A stretch of 32,000 nt of DNA from contig NZ_RSDW01000001.1 of the NCBI RefSeq assembly GCF_003945235.1, positions 720,001 through 752,000 on the forward strand, given 5' to 3'. A program made the position numbers and the translations under genes. The notes under the pieces were generated by a model. That model saw nothing but the letters and a program-made list of their open reading frames with translations. It was not told where the DNA came from and did no database searches. The DNA is from Edaphobacter aggregans (GTDB lineage: Bacteria; Acidobacteriota; Terriglobia; Terriglobales; Acidobacteriaceae). The stretch's first letter is position 1. Each line of letters starts with the position of its first letter. Of this stretch, positions 1-9,072 are shown one piece after another.

Positions 1-124
1 ACGTCATCATCCCCTCCGCCACCACCATGAACATCCAGGAGTGCCACCTCGCCCTCGAGCACATCTTCTGCATGCTCGTCGAGTGCCACTACTTCGCAGA
101 AGTCTCCAGCTACGCCGCGAAATA
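1..124 (+). CDS. C-terminal end of a gene entering from the left edge; product not assignable
   Basis: Frame 3 is open from the window edge to TAG 122-124 (...MNIQECHLALEHIFCMLVECHYFAEVSSYAAK*). It uses the same C-ending codon preference as other plus-strand genes. Too short for a family call. Confidence 0.4.
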
Positions 125-193
125 GCTATTCCCTTCGAACAACGGCAGTCCGTCGCTTATATTCAATTCATCCGAATCTCAAGAGGTCTATCC

Positions 194-1879
194 ATGTTCT
201 TGCCCTGGCGTAGTCATCGTTCATCGTTCGTCTTGCTAACGGTGGCAGCAATCTCAACCTCCTTTTCTCCCTTCACCATCGCGCAGGACAAGCCTGACGA
301 GAAGCCCGTCTCCACCGCTTCCGCCGCCCCGGCTCACGCCGCCACCACACCCGACTCCATCACCGAAGGCACCGTCACCGTAGGGGGACAACCCATCGCC
401 TACCGCGCCATCGCCGGCACCCTCACCGTCGGCGGCACCGACCCACAGGACGCCACCCTCGGCTTCGACGGCAAGCCGCTCCCCGACTCCGGCGTCAAGC
501 TACCCGAGAAGGCAGAAGACGCCCCTCCGACCGCGCGCATGTTCTACGTCGCGTACCTCAAAAAGGATGCCCCCGCCGGCCAGCGCCCCATCACCTTCAT
601 CTACAACGGAGGCCCCGGCTCACCCACCATGTGGCTGCACATGGGAACCTTCGGCCCCAAACGCATCGTCACCCCCGACACCCAGCACCAGGAAGGCGCC
701 CCCTACTCCATCGTCAACAATGAGGACTCCCTGCTCGACGTCAGCGACGTAGTCTTCATCGACGCTCCCGGCACCGGCCTCAGCCGCACCTTCGGCAAGA
801 ACAAGTCCGAGGCCTTCTACGGCGTCGACGCCGACGGCCACGCCTTCGAGCGCTTCATCCGCCGCTTCCTCTCCAAATACGACCGCTGGAACTCCCCCAA
901 GTACCTCTTCGGCGAAAGCTACGGAACCCCACGCTCCGCCGTTCTGGCCGCTGATCTTCGCAGCGTCGATCTCAACGGCATCATCCTGCTCTCGCAGATC
1001 CTCAGCTTCGACAACAGCGTCGACGGCCCCACCGCGAACCCCGGGGTCGATCAGGCTTACGCGCTCGCACTTCCCACCTTCGCCGCCACGGCCTGGTATC
1101 ACCACAAACTGCCCAACCAGCCCCCAGCCCTCAAGCCCTTCCTCGCCGAAGTTGAAAAGTACGCCCTCGGTGACTACATGACCGCCCTGCTCCAGGGCAG
1201 CGACCTCACCGACGCCCAGCGTCAGGCCGTAGCCGAAAAGCTTCACAGCTACACCGGCCTCCCCGTCGACTACCTTCTCCGCGCCGACCTCCGCGTCACT
1301 GGCGGCGAATTCTCCAAAGAGCTCAAGCTCGACGAAGGCATGACCACTGGCCGTCTCGACTCCCGCTATCAGGGTCCCGACGCCGATCCCATGGGCGCAA
1401 CCTCCGGCTACGATCCCCAGAGCGACGCCATCACCTCCGCCTGGAACACCGCCATCAACCAGTACCTGCATGACGACCTCAAGTACGCCACCCAGGCGAC
1501 CTACCTCCTGTCCGGGCGCCAGGGCGGCGAGTTCTCCTGGAACATGACCCACACGCCCCCAGGCCGCGGCTTCGGTGGCGGCGGATCCGCACCCGGAACC
1601 GTCGAGACCGGCGCCAACGTCATGCCCGACCTCGCCTACCGCATGAAGATGAACCCGAAGATGAAGGTCATGCTAGCCGGCGGCTACTACGACCTTGCCA
1701 CTCCCTACTTCGAGGGCATCTACGAGATGCACCATCTCCCCATGCCCCGCGGACTGCAATCCAACATCAGCTATCACTACTACGAAGCCGGACACATGAT
1801 CTACGTCAGAGAGGACATCCTCAAACAGTTCCACACCGACGTAGCCGCCTTCATCAAATCCACCGAAAACGGCAAATAA
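194..1879 (+). CDS. Secreted peptidase S10 family serine carboxypeptidase
   Basis: ORF 41-1879 trimmed to ATG 194, with AAGAGG 181-186 seven nt upstream. The N-terminus MFLPWRSHRSSFVLLTVAAISTSFSPFTIAQ is signal-like. NGGPGS and GESYG (active-site Ser) motifs are typical of S10. Confidence 0.85.
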   Translation: MFLPWRSHRSSFVLLTVAAISTSFSPFTIAQDKPDEKPVSTASAAPAHAATTPDSITEGTVTVGGQPIAYRAIAGTLTVGGTDPQDATLGFDGKPLPDSGVKLPEKAEDAPPTARMFYVAYLKKDAPAGQRPITFIYNGGPGSPTMWLHMGTFGPKRIVTPDTQHQEGAPYSIVNNEDSLLDVSDVVFIDAPGTGLSRTFGKNKSEAFYGVDADGHAFERFIRRFLSKYDRWNSPKYLFGESYGTPRSAVLAADLRSVDLNGIILLSQILSFDNSVDGPTANPGVDQAYALALPTFAATAWYHHKLPNQPPALKPFLAEVEKYALGDYMTALLQGSDLTDAQRQAVAEKLHSYTGLPVDYLLRADLRVTGGEFSKELKLDEGMTTGRLDSRYQGPDADPMGATSGYDPQSDAITSAWNTAINQYLHDDLKYATQATYLLSGRQGGEFSWNMTHTPPGRGFGGGGSAPGTVETGANVMPDLAYRMKMNPKMKVMLAGGYYDLATPYFEGIYEMHHLPMPRGLQSNISYHYYEAGHMIYVREDILKQFHTDVAAFIKSTENGK

Positions 1880-1900
1880 ACCAACGCACCAGAAACACAG

Positions 1901-1930
1901 AGGCCGGGCACATCAAGTGTCCGGCCTTTT
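1901..1930. terminator. Putative bidirectional intrinsic terminator between convergent genes
   Basis: AGGCCGGGCAC (1901-1911), loop ATCAA, GTGTCCGGCCT (1917-1927). This is an 11-bp stem with one G-T pair, followed by a T run. It lies between stop codons at 1877-1879 (+) and 1930-1932 (-). Confidence 0.55.
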
Positions 1931-2253
1931 CATTCCTCCAAATCCCTCTTCAATCGCCCCAACAACTCCACCGAAGGCCGAGCGAACCGGCTGATCCACC
2001 GGTCATAAATCTCCTGCACCGGAACCACATTCAAATAATTCCACCGCACCCGCCCTTCCCTCTTGGCAATCACTAACCCCGCCCCCTCCAGCACGCCCAG
2101 ATGCTGCATCACCGTACACCGGTCCAGCTTCCTAAACCGAAGACAAATATCCCCCGTAGTCAAAGGACCATCCCGCAACAGGTCGAGAATCTCCCGCCGC
2201 CGGTCATCGGCCAGAGCCTTAAAAACCGCCCCCTGTTTATCTCGCCTTGACAT
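1930..2253 (-). CDS. ArsR/SmtB family HTH transcriptional regulator
   Basis: ORF 1930-2349 trimmed to ATG at 2251-2253 (MSRRDKQGAVFKALADDRRREILDLL...). It has a winged-helix ArsR pattern (GPLTTGDICLRF...TVMQHLGVLEGAGLV). It is divergent from an SRPBCC gene, a common pairing. Confidence 0.85.
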   Translation of the reverse strand: MSRRDKQGAVFKALADDRRREILDLLRDGPLTTGDICLRFRKLDRCTVMQHLGVLEGAGLVIAKREGRVRWNYLNVVPVQEIYDRWISRFARPSVELLGRLKRDLEE

Positions 2254-2325
2254 GTTATAAAAATACAACATATAAAAACCCAGGTAGAGGCTTTTAGAAT
2301 TCCACCCACCACGAGGAACCACCCC

Positions 2326-2811
2326 ATGCAACTCAAATTTCAGGTCCACACCAAGATCCAGAAGCCCATCGCCGAGGTCTTCGACGCCATCTACAATCCC
2401 ACCAAGCTAAGCGGCTACTTCACTACAGGCGGCTCCTCCGCCCCCCTCAACGAAGGCGCCACCGTCACCTGGCGCTTCGCCGACTACCCCGGCGACATTC
2501 CCGTCACCGTCAAAAAACTAGTCCCCAACCAACAGATCGTCCTCGAGTGGGACGCCTACGAACCACCAGACAAATCCGCGAACCCCGCAGACAAAACCCC
2601 ACCCCCGACCAACTACAAAACCACCGTCGAGATGACCTTCGAATCCCTCGACCCCAACAACACGCTCGTCAAAATCTCCGAATCCGGCTGGCGCGAAACC
2701 CAGCGCGGCCTCGACGGCTCCTACGGCAACTGCATGGGCTGGACCCAGATGCTCTGCGCCCTCAAAGCCTACCTCGAGCACAACATCAACCTGCGCCAAG
2801 GAGCCTTCTAG
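2326..2811 (+). CDS. SRPBCC / AHSA1 (Aha1-like, START-fold) domain protein
   Basis: 161-aa ORF with GAGGA at 2313-2317 upstream. The N-terminus (VHTKIQKPIAEVFDAIYNPTKLSGYF) and the length are typical of AHSA1/SRPBCC proteins paired with ArsR regulators. Confidence 0.8.
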   Translation: MQLKFQVHTKIQKPIAEVFDAIYNPTKLSGYFTTGGSSAPLNEGATVTWRFADYPGDIPVTVKKLVPNQQIVLEWDAYEPPDKSANPADKTPPPTNYKTTVEMTFESLDPNNTLVKISESGWRETQRGLDGSYGNCMGWTQMLCALKAYLEHNINLRQGAF

Positions 2812-2814
2812 CGA

Positions 2815-3951
2815 TCAGTTGAGGAGATTGAACGTATTCGAAGCGTCATCCACGAAATAAACTCCTTCGGGAACCGCAATTAAACCGAATAACGCTCCCG
2901 ACCCCGGAGGCGGTCCTCCCGTGTTGTCGACAAGTTTGACCGCCACCTGTTTGCCGTTTACAGGATTTATTTCGACAATGTTTCCGTCATCTCCATTCGC
3001 AGCCACAAGGTGATGATTTGGCGTGAGCGCAAGTCCCAGCGGGTCGTTCAACGCTCCCCCCTCTGACACCGTAAAGCCAGTATTCGCCGAGCTCCCCCGA
3101 AACAGCGCATTAGGAATCGCCGCAATCCGATTGTCGAGGCTGTCCGCTACGTACAGAATCCCCGTCTCACCATCAAACGCGACACCAGTCGGCCCAATGA
3201 CCAGCGCATTCGGGTCTGTGCGCTCCGGGAAGCCTGACCCGACCACCGTGCTATCGAGTAACTCAGGCTTGGCATCGTCAATGTCCAGCAACAAACGCAC
3301 CACCGTCCCTCGGTTAACAATGTTGCCGTTCGCCGCCACGGTGCCATTCAGCACGTTGGTCACAAACAATACCGCGAGGCTCCCGCCATCGACCGCAGTC
3401 ATGTCCCACGGCCCATTGATGTGATGACCCGAAATCGTCTCAATCACCTTCCCCGCGCTGTTCAGCACGATAAGACACCCAGCCTCCGCAGTCGCCGAAG
3501 TGCCATCGGAAGTGGGTAGACTTCCAACGATCACCAGTCCACTCTGCAGCGCCACCAACGCCGTGGTCAGCCCAATGCCCCCGGGACACGACACCTTGCT
3601 CGCATCAATCTGGGCGAATTGACTGAATGTACCGTCGGGCGCAATTTGTACGATCGTTGTTCCTGTTCCCTGTTGGTTTCCGCCATTATTGAAGTTGCTG
3701 ATCAGGAAGTTGCCCTCGGCCAGCTTTCCCTTGCTTCGGGGAACCTGTGCCACCCCATACGGGTTTACGTCACCATTAAGCGGCACGGTTGAACTAACGA
3801 CAGTTACGGTGTTAAACGCCCCGATAAACGAATTGCCCGGGGCATGGTCGCCGTTACTGGCGGCGCGGGCAGTGATAGTCGTAGCGGACATGATCAACAT
3901 CATCACGCTCAGCGCGCCGGCTCGAAGCAACAATGAGTGGTTCCGTTCCAT
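2815..3951 (-). CDS. Secreted NHL-repeat-like beta-propeller protein (function unknown)
   Basis: ORF 2815-4107 trimmed to ATG 3949-3951, with AGGAGG on the coding strand just upstream. It has a signal-like N-terminus (MERNHSLLLRAGALSVMMLIMSATTITARA). Repeated G-x-L-Y-V-A-D / N-x-I motifs (ILYVADSLDNRIAAI) resemble NHL blades. Confidence 0.65.
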   Translation of the reverse strand: MERNHSLLLRAGALSVMMLIMSATTITARAASNGDHAPGNSFIGAFNTVTVVSSTVPLNGDVNPYGVAQVPRSKGKLAEGNFLISNFNNGGNQQGTGTTIVQIAPDGTFSQFAQIDASKVSCPGGIGLTTALVALQSGLVIVGSLPTSDGTSATAEAGCLIVLNSAGKVIETISGHHINGPWDMTAVDGGSLAVLFVTNVLNGTVAANGNIVNRGTVVRLLLDIDDAKPELLDSTVVGSGFPERTDPNALVIGPTGVAFDGETGILYVADSLDNRIAAIPNALFRGSSANTGFTVSEGGALNDPLGLALTPNHHLVAANGDDGNIVEINPVNGKQVAVKLVDNTGGPPPGSGALFGLIAVPEGVYFVDDASNTFNLLN

Positions 3952-4292
3952 GTTGTCCTCCTGGATTGCGCGCACAATCTCAGGCCCAGAGCTATGCGCT
4001 CTCCATGCAGCGCACCAGTCTAGATTTTTCACGTGGGAACGTTTGTCAGAGAAATGTCTCACCGCTGTAATTTCTTTCGCAGGAGCAAATCGAGCAAGAA
4101 AAGCCATCTCCCATGCTTCAAATTCAACCCGCCCCGCTGCCGGCCAACGGCACTACTTGCTCTTTGAAGCCAAAGAGTTCTACCATCGAATTCCTTCCCA
4201 GAGCGACACCCAGAGCCACGCTCCTTGTTGGCATGGCGCGATTCTTCTGAGGGCCATCGGACACGCGCCCACTCGAAAATCGGGGGTTACCG

Positions 4293-6287
4293 ATGAACCC
4301 GTCCCGTCCGCATCACCTGATCCTGAGCATCGCGCCCATCCTTGCCATCCTCGCGGCAGCCGCGGTCGCGCAAGACATCCCCATCGGCGCGACCTACGTC
4401 TGCAGCGGCGAGCGTATCTTCGCCGAAAGCTGCAACATCCGCGACACCTCCGACACATCGCGCTGCATGATGGGCCATCCCGACCACGTCATGCCAAACG
4501 GCCTCATGCAATACACCTACATGACCCGCGGCGAGTTGAAGAAGCTCCTTCCCACCTGCACGCAGCCATCAGCCAAGGAGCTTGCCGCCGCCGTAGCCTT
4601 CCAGAAGAAGCAGCAGGACATCTACAACGCCAACGTCCAGAAGGCCGAAAGCCAACTCAAAGCAGCCAACCAACCCGTAACCTACGGACAGCCACAGAAA
4701 CCGAGAACCCCCGAAGAGCGAGCAACCAACCGCTGCGTCACCTCAGGACGACTCCCCTCCTCATGCCTCGGCAACTCCCTCCTCGGAGCCTTCGGCCAGA
4801 TGCTCTCCTCAGTCCTTCCCGGCGCCGACAAACAGCCCGAACCCGGCCCGAACATGGCCGGCGTATTCGTAGGCACCGGCAACTGGCGTCTCGACTTCAT
4901 TGACAACGGCGTCCTCGTCAACTGCTCCTTCCTCTCTCCCAATCAAGAGGCCTACACCGTCGACTTCAAAAACGGCCGCACCGTCCTCACCATCAACACC
5001 ACCCCCAAACCTCTCGTCCTCACCGTCCGTGCTGACAACACCATCGTCGGTCCGCCCGGCCCCGTCATCATCGACGGAGTCGTTCCCTCCGGAACCGGCG
5101 GCGGCGGATCAACCCCCGGCCACTACGAGACCCAACAAGTCACAAACCATCAAGAGATGACGGCGCTGGAGGCACAAACTCACGCCGGTGAATCCGGCCT
5201 CTCCAATAAAGGCGGGGGCGTCTACGATCTCGCCACCACCGGCACCAAGAGCACCTACGTCCCTGGCACCGCCGCTCCCACCTACACCACCTTCGCGAAC
5301 AAACGAGCCACCTGCCCCGCCATCAACCTCTCCACCAAGGGCGCCACCACCGGCATCCAGACCATGCAGACCGATCTCCTCAAAACCATGTTCGGCGGCG
5401 ACAAAGGCCCACCAACGCCCGCTGGCATCCGCATGCACGGCATCTTCGCCGCACCCACCGGCTTCAGCGTCCAGTTCTTCCCCGAGTCCGCAATCCTCGG
5501 CTGCGGCCCCGACGCCGCTCGAGCCTATCCCTATACCGTCGAAGCCGACGGCTCACGCGCAGTCGTAAAAATCAACGCACCCGACCACCCCCTCACCCTC
5601 GCCTTCAAATCCGACGGCTCGCTCGACCCCGGCGACTCCAGCCCCTATCAGGTTCACGGACGCACCGTCACCGGCCAGGACAACAACGACAACTTCACCT
5701 TTGCCCCGTACGAACAGACCTGCAATCTCGCCGTCCTCACTCCGAGCAAAACCATCCCCTCCAGCGGCGGCACTGCAGCAACCATGGTCGCCTCCGCAGG
5801 AGCCCCCGCAGCCCGCGCACCCGCAACCCCCAACCCAGCCACCCTCTCTAGCCCCACCGCGCCTCTAGGCAACGCCATTCTATCCATCGTCTCCGGATTG
5901 CCCGCACAACCCGGCGCTCCGAATCCTCTCGCCGGACGCCCCTACATCCTTCTACGCGACAGCTACGCCAACGCACTCGCAAAAGGTGGAGTCACCGTCC
6001 CGCCAGGAACATCGCCCTACAAATTCGTCGGCACCACCTGCGGCCCCAACCCCAAAACGCCCGAATGCCAACAGATCTCGGACGCCATCAAAGCCAGTGC
6101 CGCCTCAGCCGTCCGCGCCGACGCCAACGGCAGCGGAACCTTCCCCGGCGTACCCCCCGGAACCTACTACCTGATGATCTCCACCCGCTACAACAACCAA
6201 CCCCTCATCTGGGGCCAACCGATCCAACTCAAACCCGGCCCAAACACAATCACGCTCAATCAACAGAACGCCGCCCCAATCAACTGA
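4293..6287 (+). CDS. Large secreted hypothetical protein (664 aa), no recognised catalytic domain
   Basis: ATG 4293 is followed by the signal peptide MNPSRPHHLILSIAPILAILAAAAVAQD. Codon bias is native-like C-ending throughout. The C-terminal ~80 aa (GTFPGVPPGTYYLMISTRYNNQPLIWGQPIQLKPGPNTITL) resembles a carboxypeptidase-regulatory/Ig-like beta-sandwich. Confidence 0.7.
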   Translation: MNPSRPHHLILSIAPILAILAAAAVAQDIPIGATYVCSGERIFAESCNIRDTSDTSRCMMGHPDHVMPNGLMQYTYMTRGELKKLLPTCTQPSAKELAAAVAFQKKQQDIYNANVQKAESQLKAANQPVTYGQPQKPRTPEERATNRCVTSGRLPSSCLGNSLLGAFGQMLSSVLPGADKQPEPGPNMAGVFVGTGNWRLDFIDNGVLVNCSFLSPNQEAYTVDFKNGRTVLTINTTPKPLVLTVRADNTIVGPPGPVIIDGVVPSGTGGGGSTPGHYETQQVTNHQEMTALEAQTHAGESGLSNKGGGVYDLATTGTKSTYVPGTAAPTYTTFANKRATCPAINLSTKGATTGIQTMQTDLLKTMFGGDKGPPTPAGIRMHGIFAAPTGFSVQFFPESAILGCGPDAARAYPYTVEADGSRAVVKINAPDHPLTLAFKSDGSLDPGDSSPYQVHGRTVTGQDNNDNFTFAPYEQTCNLAVLTPSKTIPSSGGTAATMVASAGAPAARAPATPNPATLSSPTAPLGNAILSIVSGLPAQPGAPNPLAGRPYILLRDSYANALAKGGVTVPPGTSPYKFVGTTCGPNPKTPECQQISDAIKASAASAVRADANGSGTFPGVPPGTYYLMISTRYNNQPLIWGQPIQLKPGPNTITLNQQNAAPIN

Positions 6288-6308
6288 GTCCCGCGTCGGC
6301 GACTTTTT
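6287..6308 (+). terminator. Putative intrinsic terminator of the 4293-6287 gene
   Basis: AGTC-CCG-cgt-CGG-c-GACT forms a 7-bp stem with a 1-nt bulge directly after stop 6285-6287. It is followed by TTTTT (6304-6308). Confidence 0.4.
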
Positions 6309-6534
6309 GAACATGCCCCGGATTCACACACAAACACCAACGATCCGGAGTCACGCGTGTTGACAAATTAAACAACGCGGTGCAAAAATCCGTGCCGTCT
6401 TTCTAAAAGAAAGGACAGGCTCCGTCACCGAACAGGAGTCTCCCCGCCACAAGAATTCAATCTCTTCCCTTGCGCCGGCCGGACTCCGTCCAGGTGCTGC
6501 TCTCCATCGGGGCCAGCAGAGAGGAGATAAGACC

Positions 6535-7287
6535 ATGAGTTCAACAGACGTTCTCAATCGCAGGCAATTTGTCTATCTGACAGGTGGAATGAGTCTTGGT
6601 TTCCCGTTGTTGTCTGGCAACCATTGCTTTAGTCAGGATCTGCCGTCGTCAACCCAACAGGCCACCAACAATTCAGTGAACGACGACACCCAGCTGATCG
6701 CTCTCGCAGATACCTATGTCCAGAGTGCCATCGCAGGAGCCTCTTCCATAAGCGGCAATGTCGACCTCTTCCATCAACACTTCAAGGAAGGTCGATCCAT
6801 CTTCATCATGGCCCAGCGCAGACTGGATGACTTGGGTTACAACATATCCCTTCCCGACGGTCCAATCGATTTGGATACGCCTCCCATCACCTTCGCCGAG
6901 TTTTCAAACTTCGAGCAGATCAATATGGCTGCCCTCACTGGCGAAGGCGACACTCCCCGCAAAATCCTCTCCAAGATACTGGCGTTGTTCGGCATCAGCG
7001 AGTTCGCCGAAGTATTCTCAAAGCTCCTCGCTGCCGAAATTGAAGGATTAGGAACAGCCGTCCTCGCCAGCAACTGGCGACTAGTCACCACGCTCTTCTT
7101 CAAGCTCATCGACACCGTCTTTTCAAGAGCCTTCCTTACGCTCTTGGGTGAAAATATCGGGGCCAAACTCGCTGCCAAACTTGCCGCTAAGATCGCATCG
7201 CGGTTCCTGCCGTTCATAGGCTGGGCAATACTCATCGGCCAACTACTCTGGGCTCTGGGAGAAGAGTTTGCAACGAAGAGCTCCTAA
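6535..7287 (+). CDS. Hypothetical protein with Tat-like signal and C-terminal hydrophobic helix
   Basis: A strong SD (GAGAGGAG 6519-6526) precedes ATG 6535. The N-terminus contains a twin-arginine-like motif (NRRQFVYLTGG). The C-terminus reads GAKLAAKLAAKIASRFLPFIGWAILIGQLLWAL. Lower G+C and no C-skew, unlike its neighbours. Confidence 0.6.
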   Translation: MSSTDVLNRRQFVYLTGGMSLGFPLLSGNHCFSQDLPSSTQQATNNSVNDDTQLIALADTYVQSAIAGASSISGNVDLFHQHFKEGRSIFIMAQRRLDDLGYNISLPDGPIDLDTPPITFAEFSNFEQINMAALTGEGDTPRKILSKILALFGISEFAEVFSKLLAAEIEGLGTAVLASNWRLVTTLFFKLIDTVFSRAFLTLLGENIGAKLAAKLAAKIASRFLPFIGWAILIGQLLWALGEEFATKSS

Positions 7288-7321
7288 GCAGGGGCAAATC
7301 TAGTACAACCGCAAACCGGTG

Positions 7322-7363
7322 GCCCCATCTTAAGGCGCAGCTTTATCGCGCCTAAGGTGGGGC
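7322..7363. repeat. Palindromic (REP-like) element, CCCCATCTTA(A)GGCGC family, copy 1
   Basis: GCCCCATCTTAAGGCGC (7322-7338), loop AGCTTTATC, GCGCCTAAGGTGGGGC (7348-7363). That gives 16 pairs with one bulge and one G-T pair. It shares the arm sequence and left flank AAACC-GGT with the element at 9893-9939. Confidence 0.65.
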
Positions 7364-7427
7364 GATCGCGCAGAAGGGCGGTCCCGTACACAACGCTGTG
7401 ATAAGATTTCGCGATTCAGGAGCGGAC

Positions 7428-8789
7428 ATGGACATCACCTCGCTTCAATCGCAGTTTCGCGGAGAAATCCTCACGCCTGGCTCCGCCGGATACGACGAGT
7501 CCCGTAAAATCTGGAACGCCATGATCGATCGCAGGCCATCCGCCATCGCGCGCTGCACCGGCCCTGAGGACGTCCAAGCCGCAGTCCGATTTGCTCTCGA
7601 TCACGACATCTATCCCGCCATCCGCGGCGGCGGTCACAACGTCGCCGGCCTCGCAATGGTGGACGACGGGCTTGTCATCGACCTGACACCCATGAAGAAC
7701 ATCGTCGTCGACCCATCAAACCGCACAGCGACCGCACAAACGGGCCTCACGTGGGGAGAATTTGACCGCGAGACCCAGCAACATGGGCTTGCGACAACAG
7801 GCGGACTCATCTCGACCACAGGTATCGCCGGACTAACCCTCGGCGGCGGTGTCGGCTGGTTAATGAGCCGATGTGGCCTCGTCTGCGACAACACGCTCTC
7901 CTACGACATCGTCCTCGCAACCGGCGACTCGATCCAAGCAACCGCGGACGATCACGCCGACTTGTTCTGGGCCTTGAAAGGCGGCGGCGGCAACTTCGGC
8001 GTAGTAACCTCGATCACATACCGCATGTACCCGATCACCACCGTGATCTCGGGTATGGTGCTCCACCCTCTCGCCGAAGCCCGAAAAGTGCTCGAATTCT
8101 ACCGGGATTTCGTAACGTCGGGACTCCCGGACGAACTCACCGTATACGCTGCGTCCTTGTCGACCCCCGACGGGCATCCTGTGATCGCGTTCATCCCCTG
8201 CTGGTGCGGAGACGATCTCGCCCAGGGAGAGCGTGTGCTCGACCCGCTTCGGAAATTCGGCTCTCCCATCGCCGACCTGATCAACACGATGCCCTATTCA
8301 GCCATGCAGCAGATGATCGACCCCGGCGCTCCATTCGGCCTCCGAAGCTACTGGAAAAGCCGCTTCCTCCGCGAGCTGCCCGACACAGCAATCGACACCT
8401 TCGTCCAGTTCGCCGAGACTCGCACCTCACCGCGCTCCTTCGCAATCCTGGAACACGCCCACGGAGCCGTCTCACGCGTCCAGCCCAATGCCACCGCGTT
8501 TCCAACCCGCAGCGACGGCTTCGACCTCGTCCTGATCAGCCTGTGGGACAACGCAGAAGAAGACCCACGCCATATCGAATGGACGCGTACCTTCCACTCC
8601 GCCATGCAACCCTGGTCGGCCGGCTCCGTCTACGTCAACAGTCTCGATCAGGATGACGCAGCACGCGTCCCAGAAGCCTACGCCCAGAATTACGCCAGGC
8701 TGTCCGCTGTTAAAGCTACCTACGATCCCGGCAATCGTTTCCGCCGCAACCAGAACATTCAACCGCACACCAAAGCTTCCGAAAAATAA
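7428..8789 (+). CDS. FAD-linked oxidase (FAD_binding_4 / PCMH-type domain with C-terminal BBE-like domain)
   Basis: ORF 7398-8789 trimmed to ATG 7428, with AGGAG at 7418-7422. IRGGGHN and GGGVG FAD-binding motifs are present. The C-terminal YVNSLDQDD...YARLSAVKATYDPGNRFRRNQNI is the berberine-bridge-enzyme-like tail. Confidence 0.85.
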   Translation: MDITSLQSQFRGEILTPGSAGYDESRKIWNAMIDRRPSAIARCTGPEDVQAAVRFALDHDIYPAIRGGGHNVAGLAMVDDGLVIDLTPMKNIVVDPSNRTATAQTGLTWGEFDRETQQHGLATTGGLISTTGIAGLTLGGGVGWLMSRCGLVCDNTLSYDIVLATGDSIQATADDHADLFWALKGGGGNFGVVTSITYRMYPITTVISGMVLHPLAEARKVLEFYRDFVTSGLPDELTVYAASLSTPDGHPVIAFIPCWCGDDLAQGERVLDPLRKFGSPIADLINTMPYSAMQQMIDPGAPFGLRSYWKSRFLRELPDTAIDTFVQFAETRTSPRSFAILEHAHGAVSRVQPNATAFPTRSDGFDLVLISLWDNAEEDPRHIEWTRTFHSAMQPWSAGSVYVNSLDQDDAARVPEAYAQNYARLSAVKATYDPGNRFRRNQNIQPHTKASEK

Positions 8790-9072
8790 TCACCACGTTG
8801 CCCGGCGGAAATGTCCTGCTCGTCTTCGCCAAGAAGATGACTCACTCGCACAATTGTTTTGATCTGTTCCAACGTTGAGCCGATACAGCGTCTTCGGCGG
8901 CTCGTCTTTCTAACCCGAATGCATCTCCATTTGGAATGGCTGGTATTCTCGAAAATATTACGTCGAGTTGCAAGAATCGCACATCGGATAAAGATCTGAT
9001 AGGTCCTATCTAGATCGCAGTCAGTTAAATCACTGAAATGCCAAATTGTTCACAGAAAACCAAGGAGATCCC

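Noticed and set aside
41-193. N-terminal extensions proposed by the ORF track (for example 41-193, 2254-2349, 3952-4107, 13170-13346, 20019-20303, 26584-26712)
   Set aside because: The extensions are Arg-rich or overlap neighbouring genes or intergenic repeats. Internal ATGs with SD-like sequences and signal peptides give more plausible starts.
620-1552. 310-aa minus-strand ORF inside the S10 peptidase gene
   Set aside because: It is antisense to a gene with clear S10 motifs. Its Gly/Val/Ala-rich translation has no motifs and is a mirror-frame artefact.
3689-4903. 404-aa plus-strand ORF spanning the NHL gene, the spacer and the start of the 4293 gene
   Set aside because: It runs antisense to a well-supported minus-strand gene, then out of frame with a signal-peptide-bearing gene. 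Its translation is Arg/Pro/His-rich low-complexity sequence, typical of wrong-frame ORFs in GC-rich DNA.
8790-9072. Decayed regulator gene in the AT-rich gap upstream of the SDR gene
   Set aside because: A minus-strand frame is open over about 190 nt, but it has no start codon and no motif I can recognise. It cannot be supported without a database search, so it is mentioned only inside a finding.
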